Shown here piece after piece: positions 46,887 through 55,935 of a stretch of 59,517 bases of DNA (position 1 is its first letter; each line of letters begins with the position of its first letter). Location of the stretch: IMG/VR virus record IMGVR_UViG_3300045961_000160. The stretch is one strand, 5' to 3'. Source of the stretch: an uncultured virus (IMG/VR IMGVR_UViG_3300045961_000160). Its lineage: Duplodnaviria > Heunggongvirae > Uroviricota > Caudoviricetes. The notes under the pieces are model-generated. The model was not told the DNA's origin, did no database searches, and was given only the letters and a program-made list of their open reading frames with translations. The translations under genes and the position numbers were made by a program.

Positions 46887-47687
46887 ATGAGTAATGACAA
46901 GAACATGGATGATTTAATTCTTCCAACTAAGCCTACAAAAAGTAAGCTTAAAAATCCAAGTCCATTACTGGTTTTTGGTAAGCCAAAGATTGGTAAGACA
47001 ACTTCAATTGCAGGATTAGAAAACTGCTTAGTAATTAATTTTGAAGATAAGATTCAAACTGCTGACGGTATGGTTATGTATGTACCAACCTTAGAAGATT
47101 TGAAAAAAACTCTTTTAAAAATTAAGCAAGCAGGTAAGCCCTACAAATACATTGCAATTGATACCTTAACAAAGCTTGAGGACATGTGTGTATCTGAAGC
47201 AGAACGCATCTATATGCGCACACCAATGGGCAAAGATAGCTGGATTAAAAAGGATGAGAAGGGAAGATTGCTACCGACATGTGGCAAATCTAAATACACC
47301 AATATTTTGTTCTTGCCAAATGGTTCCGGTTATCAATATTTACGCCAAGCATTTAAGCAAATCACCAAGATGATTGAAGAATGTGCTGACAATATCATCT
47401 ATATTGCACACGTAAAAGAAACAAATATCTTGAAAGAAGGTGCGGAAATTACATCACATGATGTAAATTTGATTGGTAAAAACAAGCAATCTATTTCTGC
47501 AGACGCGCAAGCAATTGCTTACATGACAAGAATTGGAAAGGCTAACTACCTTTGTTTCTTGCCAAGTGATGATGTCTTAGCTGGTTGTAAAATCAAAAGA
47601 CTAGAAGGAAAAGAAGTTCTCATTTCAGAGTATGATGAGAATGACAATTTGATAACCCACTGGGATCAAATATATATTAAAGAGTAA
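46887..47687 (+). CDS. AAA_24 / Sak4-like ATPase
   Basis: GKPKIGKTT, IAIDTLT, GSGY..LR, YIAH. Confidence 0.8.
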   Translation: MSNDKNMDDLILPTKPTKSKLKNPSPLLVFGKPKIGKTTSIAGLENCLVINFEDKIQTADGMVMYVPTLEDLKKTLLKIKQAGKPYKYIAIDTLTKLEDMCVSEAERIYMRTPMGKDSWIKKDEKGRLLPTCGKSKYTNILFLPNGSGYQYLRQAFKQITKMIEECADNIIYIAHVKETNILKEGAEITSHDVNLIGKNKQSISADAQAIAYMTRIGKANYLCFLPSDDVLAGCKIKRLEGKEVLISEYDENDNLITHWDQIYIKE

Positions 47688-47713
47688 GTTTAACAGTTAA
47701 AAAAAAAGAAATC

Positions 47714-48472
47714 ATGTCAGGAATTTCAACAAAAGGAGTAAAGAAAAGTTTTGTTTCTAAAGAATTAAAACCAGGAAATGTTGTTGCACGTATTGTAAAC
47801 ATTTCAATTGAAGAATCACAGTCACCAAAAGATCCAGCTAATCCAGAATACAAAATGTGGATTGAATTAGAAGGTAAACCTATGGGTGCTGACTTCATTG
47901 GCTTTGATAAAGTATTTGGAGATCCTTCTAAAGGACAGTACAAAGGTCAATACAAAAAGATTCAGCTATCTAATTGGCCAATCCGTACCTTTAGTGGTAC
48001 AAGCAAGAAATCAGGTAAGGATTTTGAATACACTGCAGCTCAGCAGATGTTAGACTTCTTACAAAAGATTCTTGACTTAGCTGGTCAAACAAGTTGGTTA
48101 GAAGACAACGATGGTAAGTTCAACACATGGGCACAGATGACATCTGCAATCATGCGTAGCAAAGCATTGAATGATGTTTACTTCTCATGGTGTATTGCTG
48201 CTACACAATCTGTTAATGCAGCTGGCTATCCTGTATACTACATGTACTTGCCAGACAAGAAAGATGCAAGTGAAGTGGTGGCTTTAGAAGGAGGTCTTGT
48301 TACCAAGTTTGATCCTAATGTTCACATCAAAAAGGATTCACGCTTAACTGAAAACAGTGAAGCATTGAACAATGGTGAAGATGAAGATGGAGATGACTTC
48401 GGTAATGCTCCAGAAGATGATCCATTTGATGTAGATACAAATGACGAAGAGTTGTTTGAAATGGAGGACTAA
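47714..48472 (+). CDS. Putative single-stranded DNA-binding protein
   Basis: Follows the Sak4-like gene; beta-rich N-terminus and acidic C-terminal tail. Confidence 0.55.
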   Translation: MSGISTKGVKKSFVSKELKPGNVVARIVNISIEESQSPKDPANPEYKMWIELEGKPMGADFIGFDKVFGDPSKGQYKGQYKKIQLSNWPIRTFSGTSKKSGKDFEYTAAQQMLDFLQKILDLAGQTSWLEDNDGKFNTWAQMTSAIMRSKALNDVYFSWCIAATQSVNAAGYPVYYMYLPDKKDASEVVALEGGLVTKFDPNVHIKKDSRLTENSEALNNGEDEDGDDFGNAPEDDPFDVDTNDEELFEMED

Positions 48473-48492
48473 TCTTCACTAAATAAAAAACC

Positions 48493-48526
48493 AAAGCGGG
48501 TTGTGTATTATCAGCCCGCTTTTTTT
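48493..48526 (+). terminator. Intrinsic terminator
   Basis: aaagcggg...cccgcttt + T run. Confidence 0.75.
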
Positions 48527-48536
48527 ATAACCAGAT

Positions 48537-49523
48537 ATGATACAAACAATTACTTATACCAATAAGAACTTTCCAATTCCTAGCAATTTAATATTTCAAA
48601 AGATATTTAAGTTAACAGAAACATTGGAAGGTCAATCTGTAAAAATTAAATCTGTATTCAATAAAAAAGACAAGGACCCTTCAATGATTTTATTCCTTGA
48701 TGACAAGGAAAACATCTACAGATTTAAAGACTTCTCTTCTGGAAACTATGGTGATGCTGCAGAACTAGTACAACTGTTGTATAATATCCCGTCAAGACAA
48801 GACGCATTTAGAAAAATCATTGAGCTGTTTAAAGATGATGATTTTCAATTTACCCCACAAAATTACCAGAAAGAACTGAAAGAAGTCACATCATTCAAGG
48901 TACGCAAATGGTTGTTGCTTGATTCACAATTTTGGAAACAATATGGAATCAGTGGTTCCTTCCTAAAGAAGTATAACATTAAACCTCTTTCTGAATATGT
49001 AATAACAATAACCAAAGGAACAGATCAAAAGCATATGAAGTTTGAAAACCCTATGTGTTATGGTTATTTTAATAATGCCGGAGAGTTATGCAAAATCTAT
49101 AACCCAGCAAGAAAGACGGCCAAGTTCATTAAGGTAAAAGAATTCACACAAGGTGAAGAGCAAATAACTTATGACAAAAAATGTTTAATCATTGCCTCAT
49201 CTTTAAAAGACATTGGTGCATTTCAAGCAATGAAATTTAAAGACATAGATTTAGTTGCACCAGATAGTGAGAATGTAACCATTACTCAAGAACAAATAGA
49301 TAAGTATCGCCAGTGTTATGAACTTGTTTTCACCATGTTTGACAATGATGTAGCCGGCATGAAAGCAATGAAACTCTATGAAGAGAAATACAAAATACCA
49401 TACATCTATTTCAATGTAGAAAAAGATATGGCTGACTGTATTAAAGAACACGGAGTTGTCAGTACTAAACAATTATTTATTCCAGTATTTAAAAATGCAC
49501 TCAAGAAATCAAAGGTTAATTAA
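48537..49523 (+). CDS. DNA primase (crAss-like, TOPRIM)
   Basis: YRFKDFSSG..GD, SSLKD, APDSE, FDNDVAG, KDMAD. Confidence 0.85.
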   Translation: MIQTITYTNKNFPIPSNLIFQKIFKLTETLEGQSVKIKSVFNKKDKDPSMILFLDDKENIYRFKDFSSGNYGDAAELVQLLYNIPSRQDAFRKIIELFKDDDFQFTPQNYQKELKEVTSFKVRKWLLLDSQFWKQYGISGSFLKKYNIKPLSEYVITITKGTDQKHMKFENPMCYGYFNNAGELCKIYNPARKTAKFIKVKEFTQGEEQITYDKKCLIIASSLKDIGAFQAMKFKDIDLVAPDSENVTITQEQIDKYRQCYELVFTMFDNDVAGMKAMKLYEEKYKIPYIYFNVEKDMADCIKEHGVVSTKQLFIPVFKNALKKSKVN

Positions 49524-49893
49524 CTTACTCACATCTGAAGATCCTGAAACAAGAAATTTAGGTATACAGACATTAAAGGGTACGTTAACTGAGCAAAATG
49601 CAATTTATTGGTACATACAATTAAGTAAACTTCATGTAGACATTAATGATCTTCATGTAAGTTTTGCAAAAGCTTCATTAGGCTGTACTTTTTCTTCACC
49701 AATGGAGAATATTAAATATATGTTTGAATACATTCAAACTTATAAAGTAAGTAGTCAATCATTATTTGAATTCTTAATGCTGCATGAAACATATTTAATG
49801 ATAAAAGCATTAGATGGAGAGGCTTATTTAGATATACAAAACAAACTATATGAGTACAACAAATACAGAAACACCCACCACTCCCACAATTAG
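49495..49893 (+). CDS. Hypothetical protein with N-terminal S-x-D-x-E helical module
   Basis: MHSRNQRLINLLTSEDPETRNLGIQTL; immediately upstream of the VWA gene. Confidence 0.6.
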   Translation: MHSRNQRLINLLTSEDPETRNLGIQTLKGTLTEQNAIYWYIQLSKLHVDINDLHVSFAKASLGCTFSSPMENIKYMFEYIQTYKVSSQSLFEFLMLHETYLMIKALDGEAYLDIQNKLYEYNKYRNTHHSHN

Positions 49894-51103
49894 TAAACAA
49901 TTTTTACAACAGAACTTAACTAAAATATGTAAAGACATCATGCTTGATGAACCATTCTATGGTTTGTTACTATTGAATCTTAACAAAGAATGGACAACCA
50001 AAGTTGAAACAGCAGGCGTAGGTCTCAATGGAATTAATTACAAACTGTATATTAATCCAAACTTTTGGGAATCATTATCTGAATTACACAAAAAAGGATT
50101 GATCATACATGAGTTAATGCACATTGCATTCTTTCACATCACAGAGTTCAAGCATCTTGAAAATCATGAGCTTGCTAACATGGCTCAAGATATAGAGATC
50201 AATCAAAAGATTAATCAAAGTTGGTTGCCACCGGATGGTTGTACTATTGATAAGTTTCCAGAATCAAATTTGTTACCTAATGAAGGTACCAATATTTACT
50301 ATGAGAAACTTAAAAAAGATGCAGATCAAAACAGTGGTAGTGGAGGAAGTCAAATGATGCAAGCAGTAATGCAGGCTTTAGGAAACGGACAGTCTTCAGC
50401 AAACAATCCGCAAGGTGGACAAATGCAATTACCTAAGCATGACTGGAGTGACTTTGATAACATCTCTGATACAGAACGCAAGCTTGTAGACAAGCAGTTA
50501 GAAGTGATGTTAAGTGAAGTTGTTGAGCAAGTTCAAAAGATGCGTGGAACAGTTCCTAATGAGGTCTTACAGAAACTTGAAAAGCTTAAACATATTGAGC
50601 CGCCTAAGTTTAACTGGAGAGCATACTTGCGCAGATACATTGGCAACTCAGCTAAGACTACAATGCGCAAGACAAAAAGGAAACAGAGTAAAAGATTTGA
50701 ACATGACTTTGGTATCCGGGTCCAAGAACATTCACACATCTTAATTGCAATTGACAGTTCAGCTTCTGTATCTGATGCGGAAATCAAAGAGTTTATGAAT
50801 GAGATACACCACATGTATAAAAGTGGACATGATTTCACCATTACTTTTGCTGACACTAGGATGCAACAACCTGTAAAGTACAGACCTTCTATGGAACTTG
50901 TAATTAAACAGCGAGGAGGTACTGATTTTAATCCAGTAGTTGATTACTTCCTTGCCTATAGGAAGAAATACACCACGCTTATCTACTTGACAGATGGTGA
51001 AGCTCCGGCTCCTGATGCAACAATTAAAAATGTATTGTGGGTTTTATCCACTAAATCAGGAGAAACAGATCACCTTCCAGGTAAGACAATCAAGCTTAAC
51101 TAA
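49850..51103 (+). CDS. DUF2201-type metallopeptidase-like + VWA domain protein
   Basis: IHELMHI, AQDIEIN; MIDAS DSSAS, GGTDF, YLTDG. Confidence 0.88.
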   Translation: MSTTNTETPTTPTISKQFLQQNLTKICKDIMLDEPFYGLLLLNLNKEWTTKVETAGVGLNGINYKLYINPNFWESLSELHKKGLIIHELMHIAFFHITEFKHLENHELANMAQDIEINQKINQSWLPPDGCTIDKFPESNLLPNEGTNIYYEKLKKDADQNSGSGGSQMMQAVMQALGNGQSSANNPQGGQMQLPKHDWSDFDNISDTERKLVDKQLEVMLSEVVEQVQKMRGTVPNEVLQKLEKLKHIEPPKFNWRAYLRRYIGNSAKTTMRKTKRKQSKRFEHDFGIRVQEHSHILIAIDSSASVSDAEIKEFMNEIHHMYKSGHDFTITFADTRMQQPVKYRPSMELVIKQRGGTDFNPVVDYFLAYRKKYTTLIYLTDGEAPAPDATIKNVLWVLSTKSGETDHLPGKTIKLN

Positions 51104-51321
51104 TGGACCAAAAGCAAATAGATTTCAGAAAATTAAAGGCACTGAAAGAAGATTTTGCACACATCACTAGACACTTTGATCATATAGATTGGAGAACAGT
51201 GCGTACAGAATATTATTGGAGGGCAGATAAGATGCCTCCAGCACAAGCCTTAGAACACAAAATAGAATTAGTAGAGTATTATAATCGGTACGGTGTACCA
51301 AAAGATAGCAGTTATGAATAA
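51103..51321 (+). CDS. Hypothetical protein inserted between VWA and AAA+ genes
   Basis: 72 aa, TAATG-coupled. Confidence 0.55.
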   Translation: MDQKQIDFRKLKALKEDFAHITRHFDHIDWRTVRTEYYWRADKMPPAQALEHKIELVEYYNRYGVPKDSSYE

Positions 51322-52510
51322 AGTACAGTTAAACAGTAAAGAGTTAAAAGAAACATTAACACACATCATCCAAAACAACCGTGTGTTACAAGAAGAAAAC
51401 TTAAAACCAATTGCGGTTTCTATATGTGGAGCTGCAGGTTTAGGTAAGACTTCAGTAGTAGAACAATTAGCTGAAGAGTTAAACATCAACCACGTAGAAG
51501 TAATCAACTTGGCACAGCTTGATGAGCTTGGTGACTTAGTTGGAATTCCTGTTAAGGAATATTTGATGGTTGCTAAGCAAGGTGAAAAACAAGTTGCTAA
51601 ATGGGTTGATGAAAAAGTCATGAACTCCTTTGCAGAACAGGGCTGGAAAGCTAATGGCCAAAGCCGAATGAACTATGCTAAGCCATCTTGGATTGCTGGT
51701 AAGGGAGAAAATGGTGTGCTTATTTTAGATGACTACACGCGTGCTGCTCCACGTTTCATGCAAGCAGTAATGGAAATCATTGACAAGCAACGTTACATTT
51801 CATGGTCTCTTCCTAAAGGTTGGACTATTCTTTTAACAGAGAATCCAGATGACGGCACCTATAATGTAACAGACATTGATGCTGCTGCAAAATCAAGATA
51901 CATTACTTTTGATATGCGCTGGGAGCCAGAAGTATGGGCTGAGTGGGCAGAAAAAGCTAAGATTGACCAACGTGCAATTAACTTTACTTTGTTACATGGT
52001 AAAGAAATTATCAAGGATGAGAACCCTCATGTAAATCCACGTAGCTTAGTGAAGTTTTACAATTCATTAAGAAGTATCAAAGACTTTAATGCAAATCTTC
52101 CATTGATTCAAAACATTGGTGAAGGTGCTGTGGGTCCAGAGATTACTACAATGTTCACATCATTTATCCACAACAAGTTGGACAAGATGATTTCTCCTAC
52201 AGAAATCCTAGACACCACAGTTGCATTTGATACAGTCAAACCAAAGATTGTTGATCTTATTAAGAAAGACACAGATTACAGATCTGATCTTGCTTATGTA
52301 TTAACAACGCGTTTGATTAATCACATGGTTCACAATGTAGAAAGCAAAGAGATTACACCTAAATTCATTGAGCGTGTAAAAGATTTGATTACAAGTGAAG
52401 TACTTGGTGCAGATTTGAAATTTGTATTAGCTAAGAAAGTTATCAATGCAAACAATAAGTATAATGTATTGATGCTTGAAGATTCTGTAATTGATGTAAT
52501 TTTAGAATAA
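51314..52510 (+). CDS. MoxR-like AAA+ ATPase
   Basis: GAAGLGKT, GDLVGIP, ILDDYTRA, ENP, KSR, NPRS; start reassigned to MNKVQLN. Confidence 0.88.
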   Translation: MNKVQLNSKELKETLTHIIQNNRVLQEENLKPIAVSICGAAGLGKTSVVEQLAEELNINHVEVINLAQLDELGDLVGIPVKEYLMVAKQGEKQVAKWVDEKVMNSFAEQGWKANGQSRMNYAKPSWIAGKGENGVLILDDYTRAAPRFMQAVMEIIDKQRYISWSLPKGWTILLTENPDDGTYNVTDIDAAAKSRYITFDMRWEPEVWAEWAEKAKIDQRAINFTLLHGKEIIKDENPHVNPRSLVKFYNSLRSIKDFNANLPLIQNIGEGAVGPEITTMFTSFIHNKLDKMISPTEILDTTVAFDTVKPKIVDLIKKDTDYRSDLAYVLTTRLINHMVHNVESKEITPKFIERVKDLITSEVLGADLKFVLAKKVINANNKYNVLMLEDSVIDVILE

Positions 52511-53439
52511 TGATTACAACATTAAATGCTGTATTGCTTCCGGATAGTTTTTTTCCGGAGGCAGTGCACCTTTATTCCAATCCAACAAGTGATATAAAAC
52601 TTGTAAAAATAAACATGCGTAAAGCAGGAGTTGATGAATCAATCCATCAATATATAAACAATCCAAGCAATAAAATTCATGTTGCTTCTCATCTTAAAAA
52701 GATTATTCAAGTTGAAGCTGAATTAGTTTCTAGTGATAAAGAATTAGATGTAGCTAAGTTCATAGTACCTATAAAGAAAGATTTCAAATCAATTAGAGCA
52801 ATCACAGTAGAGCATTTATTGTTGTCTCAAATTCCAGTAAACTTGAGAAACTTATTAATGGATAAAATTGATTGGGATCTAATTGATAAAGAAGATTATG
52901 TTATTATGCCTGTGCAAAAATATACGTGGCAATCAAATACTAAATCTCAATGGTATACCGAAAGACCAGTATTAACAGGAATAGATCATCATGCTGAATC
53001 AATTTTATCATCAAGAGATGTAACTGTATTTGATTACTTGAGTTTGATTAATTGTTCTAACAACAGACCTATGTCTGAAGAAGAACTATATAAAATCAAA
53101 AAGCTTTTAAGTATTGAAGACACAAAGCAATTAGCATTAGATGTAATGAACGTGCTTAATCCTGTAACATCTTTTATTGAATTGATGATTGCATTCAATA
53201 CAATTCCAGATGAAATGAAAAAGAAAAATAAACCAAAAATTCTTCCATTGATGCAGGAGTTATACAACATAGATGTAACTCACGCATCTTACTCTCTTCA
53301 ACAGATACTTGATTTGTATGAAAGATTTTTTGGTATGAAACCTTCACAAGAACAACTTGAATTTATCTGTGATCATTATGACAGCAGATATGTAGAAAAA
53401 TCCTCAATTTTTGAATTTAAATTAAAACTTAAAGACTAA
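52510..53439 (+). CDS. Hypothetical protein of the MoxR operon with internal helical module
   Basis: MSEEELYKIKKLLSIEDTKQLALDVM; TAATG-coupled on both sides. Confidence 0.65.
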   Translation: MITTLNAVLLPDSFFPEAVHLYSNPTSDIKLVKINMRKAGVDESIHQYINNPSNKIHVASHLKKIIQVEAELVSSDKELDVAKFIVPIKKDFKSIRAITVEHLLLSQIPVNLRNLLMDKIDWDLIDKEDYVIMPVQKYTWQSNTKSQWYTERPVLTGIDHHAESILSSRDVTVFDYLSLINCSNNRPMSEEELYKIKKLLSIEDTKQLALDVMNVLNPVTSFIELMIAFNTIPDEMKKKNKPKILPLMQELYNIDVTHASYSLQQILDLYERFFGMKPSQEQLEFICDHYDSRYVEKSSIFEFKLKLKD

Positions 53440-54479
53440 TGAACACAGAACATTTAGATGAATTGCAACGTGTAAATCATGACACATTCTTTGCAGAAAT
53501 TGAAAACTTAAACTTGAGTGCATCTGCATTGAAGTTATTGATTGAAAATCCTAAGACTTATTACAAGCATTATGTCTTGAATGAAAAAGAAGTCAAGAAA
53601 GGAAAACATTTTGATGAAGGGTCTTTGATTCACTGCATGGTTTTGGAGCCGGAAATGCTGCATGAGAAATTTATTAACATGGGAATCTCTACACCAAGTG
53701 ACAGCACTAAAGCATGCATTGATCATTTACTTACACTGGAAAGAAGTGCATCTGAAATTGAAGAGTATCATGAAGAAATCATTGCATACTTGAAAGAAAT
53801 CAATTTGCATCAGTCATTAGTTGATGACAAGAAACCAGATAAAAATGGCAACACGTATACAGGTGATGAAAAGCGTTTAGCAAAAATCATTAATGAAAAC
53901 TCTAAAGAGTATTTTAGATTAATGGTTGAAGGCAGAACTAAAACTATTGTTGATGTTGCAAGCTGGGATAAGTGTTATGCTAAAGCTCAAGCAATTTTAG
54001 CAAATGAAAAAGCTAACTTCTTGTTAAAAGCAAATGCAGACACAGAAGAAATCCGCTATGAGTTAGAATTATCTGACAGACCAGATGAATTACAATTCGG
54101 TATCAAAGGAATTCTTGATGTCATTAAAGTAGACCGTGCAAACAAAACCATTTATGTAAGTGATGTAAAGTCACACGGTGGCAAATTAAAAGATTTCAAA
54201 GACTCTGCTGAAAAATATGACTACTGGTTACAGCCAGTCATTTATAAGCTCTTAGCGCAAAGCTTATTGCGTAAGCAAGCATTTGATTTTAAAATTGTAT
54301 TCCACTTCATTGTAGTTGATCAAACAGATGCTGTTTACTGCTTCCCTATAGAAGAAGAAACCTATGCAAAATGGATGGAGCAATTAGTCTACATGATTAA
54401 TACAGAAGCCAACTATCACCTTACAACTCAAGACTTTACATTACCTTATCAATTTGCAAACAATTTAGTATCTTTGTAA
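53439..54479 (+). CDS. PD-(D/E)XK exonuclease (RecE/DUF3799-like)
   Basis: LSASALK, GSLIH..VLEP, KGILD...SDVKS, YWLQ..IY. Confidence 0.85.
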   Translation: MNTEHLDELQRVNHDTFFAEIENLNLSASALKLLIENPKTYYKHYVLNEKEVKKGKHFDEGSLIHCMVLEPEMLHEKFINMGISTPSDSTKACIDHLLTLERSASEIEEYHEEIIAYLKEINLHQSLVDDKKPDKNGNTYTGDEKRLAKIINENSKEYFRLMVEGRTKTIVDVASWDKCYAKAQAILANEKANFLLKANADTEEIRYELELSDRPDELQFGIKGILDVIKVDRANKTIYVSDVKSHGGKLKDFKDSAEKYDYWLQPVIYKLLAQSLLRKQAFDFKIVFHFIVVDQTDAVYCFPIEEETYAKWMEQLVYMINTEANYHLTTQDFTLPYQFANNLVSL

Positions 54480-54492
54480 AAAATAATTATTT

Positions 54493-54885
54493 ATGTCAGT
54501 AGAAATCCAACCAAAAAACATGATGATTGTTGTTCAAGAACATAGAGGTATGCCTACCTTTAGCTTGATTCCAATCATTGAAGAATGTCCATATGTAGAA
54601 TGCATCTATGTCCCGGACATGAAACAATTAGCAGTCATTAGCAAAACAACTAAAGACACCTTTCATTTCTTACCAAGAATTGATGACAATGGTGATGTTG
54701 TTCAAGCCAGAGCTAGAAAAGTACAAGGTCGTATGTACAAAGAAGAGCGCAAGCAAATCAAAACATACTATGAGTATACTCTAGTAAATGAAGATGACAT
54801 TGTTTCTTTCATTGAAATGTTTGCGGTTAATGCTGGTTCATTCCCTTATAAGAATGTAATGAACCCACCAGCAGCAAAAAAATAA
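54493..54885 (+). CDS. Hypothetical protein
   Basis: 130 aa with own promoter TATCTTTG (54469-54476) and terminator. Confidence 0.75.
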   Translation: MSVEIQPKNMMIVVQEHRGMPTFSLIPIIEECPYVECIYVPDMKQLAVISKTTKDTFHFLPRIDDNGDVVQARARKVQGRMYKEERKQIKTYYEYTLVNEDDIVSFIEMFAVNAGSFPYKNVMNPPAAKK

Positions 54886-54903
54886 TAAGATACTACTAAA
54901 TGT

Positions 54904-54938
54904 AAACCGTGTGTTTCTAGCAAGCACACGGTTTTTTT
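54904..54938 (+). terminator. Intrinsic terminator
   Basis: aaaccgtgtg...cacacggttt + T run. Confidence 0.8.
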
Positions 54939-55397
54939 ATGTTTATTATGGAATTATTTCGTGAATTAAACTTATGGTGTAACACACGTAGATCAGACAA
55001 AGTGTACAATATTTACTTGTACAAAGATCCAGAAACAGAAAACTGGATAGTTGATGTAACATATGGAAGGCGCGGTTCCACCTTAACTAAGGTAACTAAG
55101 TGCACAACATGTTTTTATCACCAAGCATACAAAGAGTTTAACAAACTTCGCAATGCAAAAGAAAACAAAGACTATGCTGAATTTGATGCACATACTGCAT
55201 GGGCTAGACCAAAGTCTACAAAGTTAGATTACTACAAACTTTATCTTAAAACTTTAGCTTTTGATCAAAGCATTGATCAGCATGCGTTGACAAGAGTTAA
55301 ATCTTTATTGGCTGGTGATAATGAATCAATCAATTTAGGAATCGGAGTATTAACCAATTTAATAAATAAACAAGATGGGTGCAGAATTAGTGCATAG
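54939..55397 (+). CDS. WGR-domain protein with C-terminal helical module
   Basis: SDKVY...WIVDVTYGRRG...FNKL..AK..KDY. Confidence 0.7.
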   Translation: MFIMELFRELNLWCNTRRSDKVYNIYLYKDPETENWIVDVTYGRRGSTLTKVTKCTTCFYHQAYKEFNKLRNAKENKDYAEFDAHTAWARPKSTKLDYYKLYLKTLAFDQSIDQHALTRVKSLLAGDNESINLGIGVLTNLINKQDGCRISA

Positions 55398-55926
55398 ACA
55401 AGCAAAAGGAAAAGATATTCAAGAGGCATTTAGCAATGCTTATGATGAAGCTTTAAACTATTCCGGTCATCAAGAAGGTTATAGTGGAGATCTTAACAGT
55501 TGTTCTTTTACTCAAGATGTTACACCAATGCTTAAAACAATGAGCATAAGACAACTTGAAAACTACATGGAAAATAATTGTCCTAAAGGTGAAGCATGGG
55601 GCTACTGTATAATTAACCCTGTACTTAACAACAACAAAATTAAATCTACAGTTTCTGTAAATCCACAAAAAGGTGCGCGTAAATGGGAGACTGTTTATAA
55701 AGCCGTAGATCCTTGGACAGACAAAGTAATTGCTTTGGATAAAAGCCAAACACAATGCATTAAAAAAGCAAGAAACTACGTAGAAAAAAATCCAACTGAT
55801 AGTTTAAAAGTTATCATTACTAAAGAATTAGTTAGCGGTACTGCTGAATGCGCTAGTGTAAGATACAAGGCATCAAAAACAGAAGCTTTAGGTAGATATA
55901 AATTCATTGGATTAGCAGCTTCTTAA
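55375..55926 (+). CDS. Hypothetical protein
   Basis: GH.EGYSG...KWET.Y...Y.FIG.AA. Confidence 0.7.
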   Translation: MGAELVHRQAKGKDIQEAFSNAYDEALNYSGHQEGYSGDLNSCSFTQDVTPMLKTMSIRQLENYMENNCPKGEAWGYCIINPVLNNNKIKSTVSVNPQKGARKWETVYKAVDPWTDKVIALDKSQTQCIKKARNYVEKNPTDSLKVIITKELVSGTAECASVRYKASKTEALGRYKFIGLAAS

Positions 55927-55935
55927 AATAAAATT

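Noticed and set aside
53439..54479. Cas4/CRISPR adaptation role for the PD-(D/E)XK nucleases
   Set aside because: No Fe-S cysteine cluster and no array; context indicates recombination or packaging nucleases
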